Origin: a virus
Length of the DNA: 64,000 nucleotides
Direction: 5' to 3' (one strand)
IMG/VR virus record: IMGVR_UViG_3300018877_000005
Coordinates: 1,523-65,522 of that record
Shown here: piece by piece, positions 1 through 8,196 of the stretch
How the letters are laid out: each line of letters begins with the position of its first letter
How positions within the stretch are numbered: the stretch's first letter is position 1
The notes under the pieces: generated by a model
Databases searched by the model: none
What the model was told of the DNA's origin: nothing
What the model saw: only the letters and a program-made list of their open reading frames with translations
Program-made: the position numbers and the translations under genes

Positions 1-490
1 CGTAAATGCCGACGAAGGAATCCCTTAGCTTGTCGCGCCATTCCTCCAGAGAATAGGACTCCGATTGATAGATAGCTATGAACTCATCGGGCTCTAGGCC
101 GGAGTCCTCAACTTCATTCTCTAGGAACTCCACAAAGGCGGCAATGTCGTCCAGACTCGGGTGTTCGCCAAACGATGAAGGGAGTCCTTCGTAGTCGTGT
201 ATCGCCCATTCTTCGGCAGACGGATAGGAGTCGCCGTCCGGCTTCATATCCTGCCCGCAATGCTCGCAAACTGGAGTCTTGTTCTCGGCATAATCCGACA
301 ACGTGACAATGCGAGACTCGCCGCAATCGTCACAATCGAACTTCTGCCGTCGGACGTTCGGATATGGGGAATCCTTCAGAATGTCATTAATTGCCGTTTG
401 CATCTCGGCAACATCTGAGCTTGCATCGATCCAACGTCCATAGAGGACTCCATTGTTGTATGAGGCAAGGCAAGCAACGTATAGGCGCAT
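1..490 (-). CDS. ardA: ArdA-family antirestriction protein (DNA mimic), 3'-truncated by the window edge, with a CxxC..CxxC insertion
   Basis: Hand translation, not in the ORF track: MRLYVACLASYNNGVLYGRWIDA...SPYPNV...AEEWAIHDYEG; very acidic; GGAGTC RBS at 497-502. Confidence 0.85.
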   Translation of the reverse strand, partial: MRLYVACLASYNNGVLYGRWIDASSDVAEMQTAINDILKDSPYPNVRRQKFDCDDCGESRIVTLSDYAENKTPVCEHCGQDMKPDGDSYPSAEEWAIHDYEGLPSSFGEHPSLDDIAAFVEFLENEVEDSGLEPDEFIAIYQSESYSLEEWRDKLRDSFVGIY

Positions 491-502
491 TGGTCGGACT
501 CC

Positions 503-706
503 TTAGTTCTCAATCACAGATGCAAGGGAGTCCGTCACAGACTCCAGATAGGACATAGCGTCATCCATGTTTGAGATAGCCTCTTGCATGGACTCGCCAC
601 GTTCGCCGTCCTGAAGGGACTCGGGCATGTTGTCGAAGGACTCTTGTTCCTCGTCACGGATGGACTCAAGGTCGGACGCGATAGCCTCTAAACGGGCTTT
701 GTTCAT
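503..706 (-). CDS. Small acidic hypothetical phage protein
   Basis: 67 aa ORF, D/E-rich, GGAGTC RBS, directly after a promoter/operator. Confidence 0.75.
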   Translation of the reverse strand: MNKARLEAIASDLESIRDEEQESFDNMPESLQDGERGESMQEAISNMDDAMSYLESVTDSLASVIEN

Positions 707-736
707 TGGATCGACTCCAGTTGGATCAGATGAGTC

Positions 737-766
737 CTTATAGGACCATTAGTCCTATGCCGTCAA
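737..766 (-). promoter_or_regulatory. Sigma70-like promoter TTGACG-N18-TATAAG with palindromic operator ATAGGAC-N5-GTCCTAT (740-758) in the spacer
   Basis: Read directly; same architecture recurs at 2579, 3747 and 18867. Confidence 0.65.
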
Positions 767-792
767 CGTGGAAAAAGCGGCATAGAAGCCAC

Positions 793-1182
793 TTAATCGT
801 CGTCGCCGTATGCGGATGGAATCCGTTCGCCGCTATGGCAGCATAATAACTCGGAGTCCTCATAGTTAATTTCGCAACCTATAACTCTCCATCCTGAACG
901 GGTATCGTTGGATCGGATAGCGTCGGCAATCTGCCGAAACTCTTTACGGGCAGACTCGAAGCTCATAGCCTCTCCATCTGCCATTATGAGGAAAAGAGGA
1001 TAGAAGCCGGGCCAAGTCTTATCCCCTGCCCTAAGAGTTGCCTTCAGTTGCGCAACCGTATCGATCTTTCGGAAGTGATACCGATAGGCGGATCGGAGCG
1101 GCGGCAACGTACCCCATCCCTGGACTCGGGTATCGTATAGGTCGCCGTCATTAGCAATGAACATATGAGCGGGAAGCGGCAT
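793..1182 (-). CDS. Hypothetical protein (129 aa)
   Basis: Start reassigned to the ATG at 1182 behind a GGAGTC RBS. Confidence 0.7.
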   Translation of the reverse strand: MPLPAHMFIANDGDLYDTRVQGWGTLPPLRSAYRYHFRKIDTVAQLKATLRAGDKTWPGFYPLFLIMADGEAMSFESARKEFRQIADAIRSNDTRSGWRVIGCEINYEDSELLCCHSGERIPSAYGDDD

Positions 1183-1447
1183 AGCTGGACTCCAGATCGG
1201 ACAGGTTACGGGCTTAGAGCTTCGAGTTAAGAGAGGTCGCAATGTTGCTCCATGCTTCCTCTTCAGTGTCCCAATATTCCCTGCCGTCCCTGCCGGTTAT
1301 CGCGGCCTCATCCTCATTGGGTTCAATTATGTAAAAGCCGCAATCATGTCGCTTAACCTTAAAACCAAGGGCGACCATGGGCGCAATATCGGAATGGGTA
1401 TAGTGTGTCATAGCTGGACTCCAGATCGGACAGGTTGCGGGCTTAGA
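1180..1447. repeat. 39-bp direct repeat (1180-1218 and 1409-1447, one mismatch) forming two consecutive gene junctions (stop-spacer-RBS-ATG)
   Basis: catagctggactccagatcggacaggtt(a/g)cgggcttaga occurs twice. Confidence 0.9.
1214..1411 (-). CDS. Hypothetical protein (65 aa)
   Basis: ATG at 1411 with GGAGTC RBS; bounded by the 39-bp repeats. Confidence 0.65.
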   Translation of the reverse strand: MTHYTHSDIAPMVALGFKVKRHDCGFYIIEPNEDEAAITGRDGREYWDTEEEAWSNIATSLNSKL

Positions 1448-2309
1448 TGTTTGCGCCTTCGTTGAATGCGGCTTGAAGCTCTTTGGACGGATAGAAGCCG
1501 GGCAACCATTCCGACACATATTCGCCGCTCTTTAGCTTCTCCATCTCGCCTCGTGCCTCGCGGATGTCTTCGAGCATGGACTCCACCTTGGACCTGACCA
1601 AGCCGCAAAGAGTCCCGTATTTGCTTTGATCGTTGTTCAATGCCGACCTAGCAACTCGAAGCTCTTTGATTGCGGCAATGATGGAGCGGCGAGTCGTCTT
1701 CACCTCTTCGGACAATTGACCGTAACGATTGCCAGCTTGCCATGCGGCTTGGTAAGCCCGCTCTTGTTCACCTACCCGTTCGGCAATGGAGTCGGCACGT
1801 CTAGCGGCTTCTCGCGCTCCATCGTGATCTTTTGCGGAATCTGTCCAACTCCAATAACGATACTTCACATTCCATTCTGGCGCTTCACCCTCAAAGATGG
1901 TCCCGAAGTCTAGGCAAACAGGTCCATTAGAGTCCGCCTTGCCGTTGTTCCAATCCTCATACCCGGCAATGAAAAGCGGCTTGCGTCCACGTCCGGCAAT
2001 CTGGAAAACGACTCCTCTCACTACTTCATTTTGATCGTTGTCCACAAACCATCCTGTATGATCCATGCGGACAAGTTCATGGGCATAGCCAACAAAGCGG
2101 AGCCCGGCAGAACGTGGGTTCTCGATCCAGCGCATATGCTTTGAACCGTAAGCCTCAAACGGCTTACCGCTAGAATAACCCGTATAGATCAAGCTCGAAG
2201 GGTATTTGTCCCGATTGTTCGCAACGTCCAGGCGGGCGGCATGTAGCGCGAGAGTCGCAGGCGCTCCTAATAAACGATGATACTGAAAGCAGGTCTTAAG
2301 GTCGGACAT
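1443..2309 (-). CDS. Hypothetical protein (288 aa) with C-terminal coiled coil
   Basis: Long ORF, ATG at 2309 with GGAGTC RBS. Confidence 0.75.
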   Translation of the reverse strand: MSDLKTCFQYHRLLGAPATLALHAARLDVANNRDKYPSSLIYTGYSSGKPFEAYGSKHMRWIENPRSAGLRFVGYAHELVRMDHTGWFVDNDQNEVVRGVVFQIAGRGRKPLFIAGYEDWNNGKADSNGPVCLDFGTIFEGEAPEWNVKYRYWSWTDSAKDHDGAREAARRADSIAERVGEQERAYQAAWQAGNRYGQLSEEVKTTRRSIIAAIKELRVARSALNNDQSKYGTLCGLVRSKVESMLEDIREARGEMEKLKSGEYVSEWLPGFYPSKELQAAFNEGANI

Positions 2310-2354
2310 ATTCGAGACTCCTCTTTGGTGAATGTGCACGGGAATGGTGACGGC

Positions 2355-2555
2355 TTAGACAAGCCGAATTGAGTCGATTGCGTTCAGAGCTTCCTCAATC
2401 AAAGCCTCTTTCTCTCCATCGTCGGGAACAATGATGAAGGGTTTAGCGGCTTGTCGCCTATCGGGCTTGAACTCCACACGGGACGGCTTGCCTGCGTGGG
2501 TTAGATACTGCGCAACGGCATAGGCGAGACCATGGGAGGAATAACGCTGAATCAT
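2355..2555 (-). CDS. Hypothetical protein (66 aa)
   Basis: ATG at 2555 with GGAGTC RBS, downstream of an operator/promoter. Confidence 0.6.
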   Translation of the reverse strand: MIQRYSSHGLAYAVAQYLTHAGKPSRVEFKPDRRQAAKPFIIVPDDGEKEALIEEALNAIDSIRLV

Positions 2556-2575
2556 GTTGTGACTCCTTATGCGCC

Positions 2576-2605
2576 TATTTAGGTCCAATGGTCCTAGTTG
2601 GTCAA
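2576..2605 (-). promoter_or_regulatory. Promoter TTGACC-N18-TAAATA with operator variant TTAGGTC-CAATG-GTCCTAG (2579-2597)
   Basis: 19-mer identical to 17503-17521. Confidence 0.55.
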
Positions 2606-2811
2606 GCCGGTTTTCCACCGTTAGGCCGTTTTCCGAGATAGCCCGCAAACCTGCCGTAAACATGTGGGCGCTTCTCTATGAGTTTCCGCAACTCGTCATC
2701 CGTAATCGGGTTCTGACCATAGAGGGAGTCGAGCATTGCCCGGTTTAGTTCGCCGCTCTTACGGTCGGCAGAATAGAACATCTGAGCTTGTGACATCCGA
2801 GGCTTGGACAT
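2602..2811 (-). CDS. Hypothetical protein (69 aa)
   Basis: ATG overlaps the upstream TAA; GGAGTC RBS. Confidence 0.65.
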   Translation of the reverse strand: MSKPRMSQAQMFYSADRKSGELNRAMLDSLYGQNPITDDELRKLIEKRPHVYGRFAGYLGKRPNGGKPA

Positions 2812-3158
2812 TAGTGCGACTCCTCTTCGGACCAAGTGAATCGAAACCATGCATATGCGGACTCGCCGCTATCATCGTCCGCCGCTCTATCGAGTCCGCG
2901 CTCGAACGTGCCGAACGGATGAGCCCGTTTGAATAGATCGATGATTGCGGCTTTTACCTCATCGTCCGAGATGGACTCGGGCAGTTTATCGCCATAGTTG
3001 CGTGCTTCATCAATGAGGGAGTCCCTAACCTGATGGTTGCGGCTTGAACGATCCACGGCAACGCCTAGCAACATCTCGGAGTCACCGTTGCAATGGTCCT
3101 GAACGTAGCACGGCAGGCAAGTGTCAACGTGCGAGATGGAGAGTTCATACTTTGCCAT
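2811..3158 (-). CDS. Hypothetical protein (115 aa)
   Basis: ORF track; GGAGTC RBS. Confidence 0.7.
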   Translation of the reverse strand: MAKYELSISHVDTCLPCYVQDHCNGDSEMLLGVAVDRSSRNHQVRDSLIDEARNYGDKLPESISDDEVKAAIIDLFKRAHPFGTFERGLDRAADDDSGESAYAWFRFTWSEEESH

Positions 3159-3171
3159 AGCGGCGGACTCC

Positions 3172-3303
3172 TTATGGGGCGAACTTCAGAGTTAAGAGGA
3201 AAGCGGCGACACATGCGGCGGATGTCAAAGCCGGGTGATAATGAGCGGCATAGAACAAACCTGCCGCCGCATGTCCGAGAACGAAAAGAGCGGTCTCAAC
3301 CAT
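3172..3303 (-). CDS. Small hydrophobic membrane peptide (43 aa)
   Basis: MVETALFVLGHAAAGLFYAAHYHPALTSAACVAAFLLTLKFAP; GGAGTC RBS. Confidence 0.55.
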   Translation of the reverse strand: MVETALFVLGHAAAGLFYAAHYHPALTSAACVAAFLLTLKFAP

Positions 3304-3595
3304 TGCTGGACTCCTCGTCATCGTCCTCTTCGTCGTCGGGATAGTCGGGGTCCTCTTGCGCCTCCATCTCCGCCATTTGAGCGGCAAGCCCGGCAAAGTG
3401 GCTCATGTCCTCAACATCACATTCAAGCCGGGCGAGATGGAGTAAGTTTGTAATCAGGTCCTTAATCCGAGTCTGTTTGTCCTCAACATCCTCAGACGCA
3501 AAGCAGATAGAGGTGAAAGTGTCCAAAGCCTCATCTGCCATAGCGGCGCGGTCGGAATTGGTACGGACTCCACCGTCAAGAAGGAACAATGCCAT
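3296..3595 (-). CDS. Hypothetical acidic protein (99 aa)
   Basis: ORF track; poly-D/E tail; GGAGTC RBS. Confidence 0.7.
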   Translation of the reverse strand: MALFLLDGGVRTNSDRAAMADEALDTFTSICFASEDVEDKQTRIKDLITNLLHLARLECDVEDMSHFAGLAAQMAEMEAQEDPDYPDDEEDDDEESSNG

Positions 3596-3609
3596 TAGAT
3601 CGACTCCAG

Positions 3610-3717
3610 TTAGGCGATTAGACCAAGGGCGAGAATCCCGGCAGGGAACCCGACCATGAAAAGGGCGAAACCGGCCGCCTTAGCGGCAACGGATAATAAG
3701 AGCTTTGCAAGGGACAT
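3610..3717 (-). CDS. Small hydrophobic membrane peptide (35 aa), first gene of the early arm
   Basis: Hand translation MSLAKLLLSVAAKAAGFALFMVGFPAGILALGLIA; GGAGTC RBS at 3723-3728. Confidence 0.55.
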   Translation of the reverse strand: MSLAKLLLSVAAKAAGFALFMVGFPAGILALGLIA

Positions 3718-3743
3718 CGGACGACTCCGTTAGAGGTGAAAGG

Positions 3744-3771
3744 GACATAGGACCAAAGGTCCTATAGGCAA
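3744..3771 (-). promoter_or_regulatory. Early promoter TTGCCT-N16-TATGTC with operator ATAGGAC-CAAAG-GTCCTAT (3747-3765)
   Basis: Palindrome read directly; heads the leftward early arm. Confidence 0.6.
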
Positions 3772-3781
3772 CCAATACCGA

Positions 3782-4303
3782 GTCCCATGCCTCGCGTCAA
3801 CACTACGTTGACATATCACGGGAATGGGGCGAACGAAAGAGTCAACGATCCATTAAGCCCGCGACAGGTCGGCAAGCCCATGGTCGCTCGAAGCTCAATC
3901 CGTAGAGCCCGGCAAGGTCGGAGTCCTATGGGACAGGATTCACCTCCACCATGGGACGGGACTAGCGGCGGACAAGCCCGGCAGGTCGGCACGGTGGAGC
4001 GGCGGACGGTTGCTTGTGCCGCGTCTCGGCAGGTCGGCAAGGGCGCTAAACCCTCAATCGGAATCCGTGAATCCAATTCCCCTAATCCGTTCGGCAGGTC
4101 TGAAGGTCGGCAGGTCTACCCGTAATCATGGGACGGCATGGGACAAGCGGCGGATGGTCGGCAGGTCTGAAGGTAATGGGACAACATGGGACAATGGGCA
4201 GATGGATGGAGCGGCAACAGGTCGGCACGGGACAACATGGGACAGATTGAGACGACATCGGACCATCTGGAACGTGGTGAGACGGCTTGGCACGGCATGG
4301 GAC
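3782..4303. repeat. Array of ATGGGAC (8 forward, 1 inverted) and GGCAGGTC (5 copies) left of the candidate cos
   Basis: ATGGGAC at 3928, 3951, 4128, 4138, 4176, 4186, 4237, 4297, inverted at 3782; GGCAGGTC at 3980, 4028, 4093, 4109, 4160. Confidence 0.85.
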
Positions 4304-4346
4304 AGAAGGCGCTCCGGGTCCTTCCTGCGGCGGCGATCCACCGGGG

Positions 4347-4358
4347 GGCGCGCGGAGC
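4347..4358 (+). other. Candidate cohesive-end site cosN (GGCGCGCGGAGC)
   Basis: 10/12 identity to the phage Chi 12-nt end as I recall it (GGTGCGCAGAGC); lies in the 1.1-kb gene-free gap between two repeat arrays; TerL is lambda gpA-type. Confidence 0.55.
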
Positions 4359-4415
4359 GCCCTCTCCGACAGTTTTCAACTTTTTTTCCGAAATGGTTTA
4401 GGGGTGCCTCAGACA

Positions 4416-4688
4416 AACTTTCGTCAACGGGTGCTGCCACAAGTGCTGCCACAAGTGCTGCCACAAGTTCAGAAGCTAAGTGGTTAAAATATATATATAT
4501 ATTCTCTCTATACTAACTTTCGTCAGCACTTGTTACGGGGGGTGGCGCAGGGAGAATCTTACCCCCTCGTGGCTCCCTTCGTGGTCAGGTGTCACAAGTG
4601 CTGCCACAAGTTCGTGAAACCGTTGCTGCGTAAGGGTTTGAGGCGTCATCACTTGTGGCACTTGTGGCAGCACCCGTTGACGGAAGTT
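4416..4688. repeat. GTGCTGCCACAA x3 tandem (4431-4466), 4th copy at 4598, inverted copy at 4662; 31-bp inverted repeat (4416-4446 / 4658-4688) around a TA-dinucleotide run
   Basis: Read directly; IR arms differ at one position. Confidence 0.9.
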
Positions 4689-4841
4689 CACCTCGAAAGG
4701 GTGTCGGTACTGCCGACGCAATCGATGACCTCGTTAGTACCGAGGGCGTCATTTGAACGGACATCCTTTTGAGATGTTCGGTTTTTCCGAATAACTGCGC
4801 AGGACCCCGAGTCCTTGTCCCATGTTGTCTCACGCGCAGAT

Positions 4842-4875
4842 AAAGAAAAACCCCGCCGAAGCGGGGCTCTTTTTC
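4842..4875 (-). terminator. Rho-independent terminator after the primase (ccccgc-TTCG-gcgggg on the minus strand, U tract; possibly bidirectional)
   Basis: Hairpin 4851-4866 flanked by A and T tracts. Confidence 0.8.
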
Positions 4876-7183
4876 ATCGCTTAGTCGAGACATAGGCCGG
4901 TCGCTTCCGACCTCCCGTTCCGACCTCCACGAACTTGATCGCTCCGTCGCGCTTGAGCCGATTAATCACCTCATCCGTCTCGCGGGTGCTCATGCGCTTG
5001 AACGGACGGCAGCGACGGGAGATTTCTCGAATGGTGAGACCCTTCTCGCCGGCACGGTTGATAAGTTCGGCCACGGCGTCACACACGTCCTCCATGTCCG
5101 TCTTTCCAAGGTTCGCCGCAAAGTCCTCGATCATCTGCCCGTGATAATAGCTCACATAGTCCCACGCCCATTTGAGATGCTTCATGCGGATGGTGCGGGA
5201 GCCGCAGCTTACCGCCACGATGAGAGCGAGGCGCATCGCGATCTCGCGGGTACGGATATGGAGCGAGGCCATCCCGTTTTCCTTGTCCATCGCGTTCATC
5301 CGCTTAATCAGGAGCTTCTCATATTCCCGAAGCTCGCGAAGGCACTCCTCATCGAACGGCACGAGCACGGGTTCCGGCGCATGGTTGGAGTCGATGATAA
5401 TCTGGTCATCGTCCTCCTCCCCGCCACCGTGCGCGTTGGCGTGTTCCTTGATCCACTTAATCAGATCACGCGGAACCTCCTCCCTCGCCTCCTCCTCGCG
5501 GCTCAACTGGCGTCCGAGGTTGCTCCTGACGATGATGAAGCGGTTGAGGAAGCCCGAGGCCACTTCCTTACCGGACAGGGCCTCATGGAAGGTCTCAGGC
5601 GTCGTCATGCCGAGCATCGTCATGGCCGGGCGGACAACCTTGCGGTTCTTGAGGAACTCGATCTGTTCCTTCGTCATCTTCGCCATCGAATAGCCGGTCG
5701 GTCGCATGGTGCCGTGCAGACGCCCGAAGGCTTCCATGATGAACTTTTGCGTCTCACGCTTGAGGCTACTTGAGGAGTCCCGCGTCGTGGCGAGATAGAT
5801 TCCGAACTCGTCAACTATGTGGATGGAGATCGGCTCCTCGACAAGCGCGGACAGGATACCCGCGCCCGAGGTGAACTCGCTAGGTGCGATACGCTTTCCG
5901 AGACCGGAAGCCTCAAGGATTTCCTCGATCACCGTCTTGGAGTGCTCTTTGCCGGCTCCGGTTGGTGCCACGTTCAGGAAATACAGGGTTGCGAAGTTTC
6001 GCTTATTGGTTTTCCAGTTGCGCCCGAGTACGGTCGATCCGAGAGCGAGCGCGGCTTGCACGGCGAATTGCGGCTGCGGCTTCTCGGCTGTAGCGTTGTA
6101 GTAGTCAACGGCAAGCTGGAGCACGCCGGGAACGCGCAAAAGGTGATCCGGTACGTCGATCTTGGGTGGCTTGGGTGCCTCGCCCCCATCCTCATCCTCG
6201 AAATCGTCAGCGGTCGCCGTGATCTCGGGCTCGTCATCCTCGATCTCGTCCTCGAACTCGTCCTCGAACTCGTCCGCGTAGCCCTCATACTCACGCTGCC
6301 GGCGTGCTTCCCTCGCAGCCTTGAACACGGTCGCCATGCGAACCGGCTTGTCGGGGTTGCCCCTATCGAACGATTTCCACTGTTGCCACTGGATTGCGCG
6401 GTCGAATTTGGCGGATTGCTTGGAATAGTCGCACCAAACCTCGAATGCTTCCTTCTCACCGTCAAATTCATGGTGAAGCGCCATGCCGAGGCGAATCCAC
6501 CCCTCGCGATCATCGCACCAATAGTCGAAATCGAGGTCTTTGATGGCCGCTTCCGCCTCCTCATAGGTGCATCCGAGCTTCTCGGTTCCGTAACCCCCCT
6601 CCTCGGACGAAGGGTTGATGAGTTCCTCGATCAGACTGGCGTTGATATGCGGGAAGCCATCCACCGGATCGACGCCCTCGATCCACTTATAGGGGCGTTC
6701 CGTGACGGGATGGATCGACGGGGGGGCCACGACCTGCTTGCCGGTGCCGAAAATCTCGATCTCCCATGCGTAGGAGCCCGTACCCGGCATCTTGTCCTCG
6801 CTCTTGGCGATTTTCTTCCCTTGGAACGGCTTATCTGTCACGAAATAGAAGTGGCGAGAGGCTCCGCCCGATCCCGATTGCACGGATGGGAGAGCCCACA
6901 CGTCCACACCATCGAACAGACGCTCAAGCTCCTCGATAGCCTCGCCCTCGCGACCCTCATCGCGAATGTCCATATCGATTGCGTGGAGATACATGCCGTC
7001 GATCTCGGACCATTCACCGAGTCGAATGCCGAGGTTCATCCCATCGCGATACTTCGCTTTGAGTTGTTCAAAGGTGAGCCTGGGCTTTCTCGACCAATCG
7101 TCACCGATAGGTCGCTTTGATTTCTCGTGCAGGAGAATGACGGAAACGCCCATCCTGACGAGGTGTTTGACTTCTGCGAGCAC
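4874..7183 (-). CDS. Primase-helicase (N-terminal Prim-Pol/AEP, PriCT-2-like middle, C-terminal DUF3987-like P-loop helicase)
   Basis: HAIDMD primase motif, SGSGGASRHFYF, REGWIRLGMALH, Walker A APTGAGKE. Confidence 0.85.
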   Translation of the reverse strand: MLAEVKHLVRMGVSVILLHEKSKRPIGDDWSRKPRLTFEQLKAKYRDGMNLGIRLGEWSEIDGMYLHAIDMDIRDEGREGEAIEELERLFDGVDVWALPSVQSGSGGASRHFYFVTDKPFQGKKIAKSEDKMPGTGSYAWEIEIFGTGKQVVAPPSIHPVTERPYKWIEGVDPVDGFPHINASLIEELINPSSEEGGYGTEKLGCTYEEAEAAIKDLDFDYWCDDREGWIRLGMALHHEFDGEKEAFEVWCDYSKQSAKFDRAIQWQQWKSFDRGNPDKPVRMATVFKAAREARRQREYEGYADEFEDEFEDEIEDDEPEITATADDFEDEDGGEAPKPPKIDVPDHLLRVPGVLQLAVDYYNATAEKPQPQFAVQAALALGSTVLGRNWKTNKRNFATLYFLNVAPTGAGKEHSKTVIEEILEASGLGKRIAPSEFTSGAGILSALVEEPISIHIVDEFGIYLATTRDSSSSLKRETQKFIMEAFGRLHGTMRPTGYSMAKMTKEQIEFLKNRKVVRPAMTMLGMTTPETFHEALSGKEVASGFLNRFIIVRSNLGRQLSREEEAREEVPRDLIKWIKEHANAHGGGEEDDDQIIIDSNHAPEPVLVPFDEECLRELREYEKLLIKRMNAMDKENGMASLHIRTREIAMRLALIVAVSCGSRTIRMKHLKWAWDYVSYYHGQMIEDFAANLGKTDMEDVCDAVAELINRAGEKGLTIREISRRCRPFKRMSTRETDEVINRLKRDGAIKFVEVGTGGRKRPAYVSTKR

Positions 7184-7224
7184 GACGCGCCCCTACTGAT
7201 TAGAGTTCCCGAGACGCTGCGAAA

Positions 7225-7494
7225 TCAATCGGTTACGAACTGAATCAGATGGTTTGCTCTGAGGGTGGAGCCGTCGAGCGCGATAAGCTGTTTGACCCGC
7301 TTCGCCGGCAGTTCGCCGGAACCGAGCCACTTGTAGACGGCTTGGTGGGAGATGTTCAGTTCCCGTGCAATCTTGTAGCAATCTAACTGAGTCGGGAACC
7401 GCTCGCTCCGGTGATTGGGGAGACCCCGATAAAGGGCTCTGTAGAGGGGAGTGTCATGGATGGACGCCCCGCCGATGAGATCGTGATCGCTCAT
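7225..7494 (-). CDS. Cro-like HTH transcriptional regulator
   Basis: KIARELNISHQAVYKWL helix-turn-helix; sits between primase and the divergent replication operon. Confidence 0.75.
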   Translation of the reverse strand: MSDHDLIGGASIHDTPLYRALYRGLPNHRSERFPTQLDCYKIARELNISHQAVYKWLGSGELPAKRVKQLIALDGSTLRANHLIQFVTD

Positions 7495-7554
7495 TCTTGA
7501 AACCTTTTTCACGCTGCGGATTGGCGGCGACCATACCTATGCTGAAAAATAATT

Positions 7555-7588
7555 TCAACCCAATGTTGACATCTCACTAACCGCATGT
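7555..7588. promoter_or_regulatory. Paired TCA-N9-TGA sites (7555, 7574) in the divergent promoter region
   Basis: TCAACCCAATGTTGA, second copy 19 bp downstream; overlaps TTGACA. Confidence 0.6.
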
Positions 7589-7654
7589 TCTTTTCCGCGT
7601 CGTCAGCCGAACACGGCACGAGCCAAGCTCAGACGAATTGGAATGGAGAACAGC

Positions 7655-8161
7655 ATGTCACTTGAAGCCGCCCTCGCCGCGCACACTACGGCCCTCGAAG
7701 CCAACACCGCCGCGATCCTGCGTCACAACGAAATCCTCGAAGGTCTGAAGGCCGGCAAGCAGTCCGCAGTCCAGGCTCCGAAGTCGGACGAGAAGGCCGC
7801 TCCTGAGAAGGACGAAGAGGCCCCCAAGCGCACCCGCGCTGCGAAGGCTGACAAGGTCCCGAAGGAAAAGGCTCCGTCCGTGGCCGAGATGAAGGACGCC
7901 GCGACCAAGTACCTCGATGTCGCGGACGAGGACGAATACAATGAGCGCCGGGCCGTGGTCCGCGCCATCACCGATCACTTCAAGGCCGCGAAGTTCACCG
8001 AGATCGAGACCGGCGACCGCCTCATGGCCTCCAAGCTCCTCGAAATGGCCGCGTCCGGCGAGAACTTCGACAAGGACGACATCGACGGCATGATCGCGGA
8101 ACTCACTGGCACCGAAAAGCCCGAGAAGCCCGCTCGCAGCCGGCGCGACGACGACGTGTAA
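7655..8161 (+). CDS. Hypothetical protein of the replication module (Ala/Lys/Glu-rich)
   Basis: GGAGA RBS before the ATG at 7655; ends RRDDDV. Confidence 0.7.
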   Translation: MSLEAALAAHTTALEANTAAILRHNEILEGLKAGKQSAVQAPKSDEKAAPEKDEEAPKRTRAAKADKVPKEKAPSVAEMKDAATKYLDVADEDEYNERRAVVRAITDHFKAAKFTEIETGDRLMASKLLEMAASGENFDKDDIDGMIAELTGTEKPEKPARSRRDDDV

Positions 8162-8171
8162 TCCCGGCGAG

Positions 8172-8196
8172 CCCTGGCCTTCGGGCCGGGGTTCTC
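8172..8196 (+). terminator. Hairpin ccctggcc-TTCG-ggccgggg, terminator-like
   Basis: cUUCGg tetraloop stem right after the stop; weak U tract. Confidence 0.5.

Noticed and set aside
481-499. ATAGGCGCATTGGTCGGAC as a sixth operator
   Set aside because: Poor symmetry; it is the ardA start codon and RBS region
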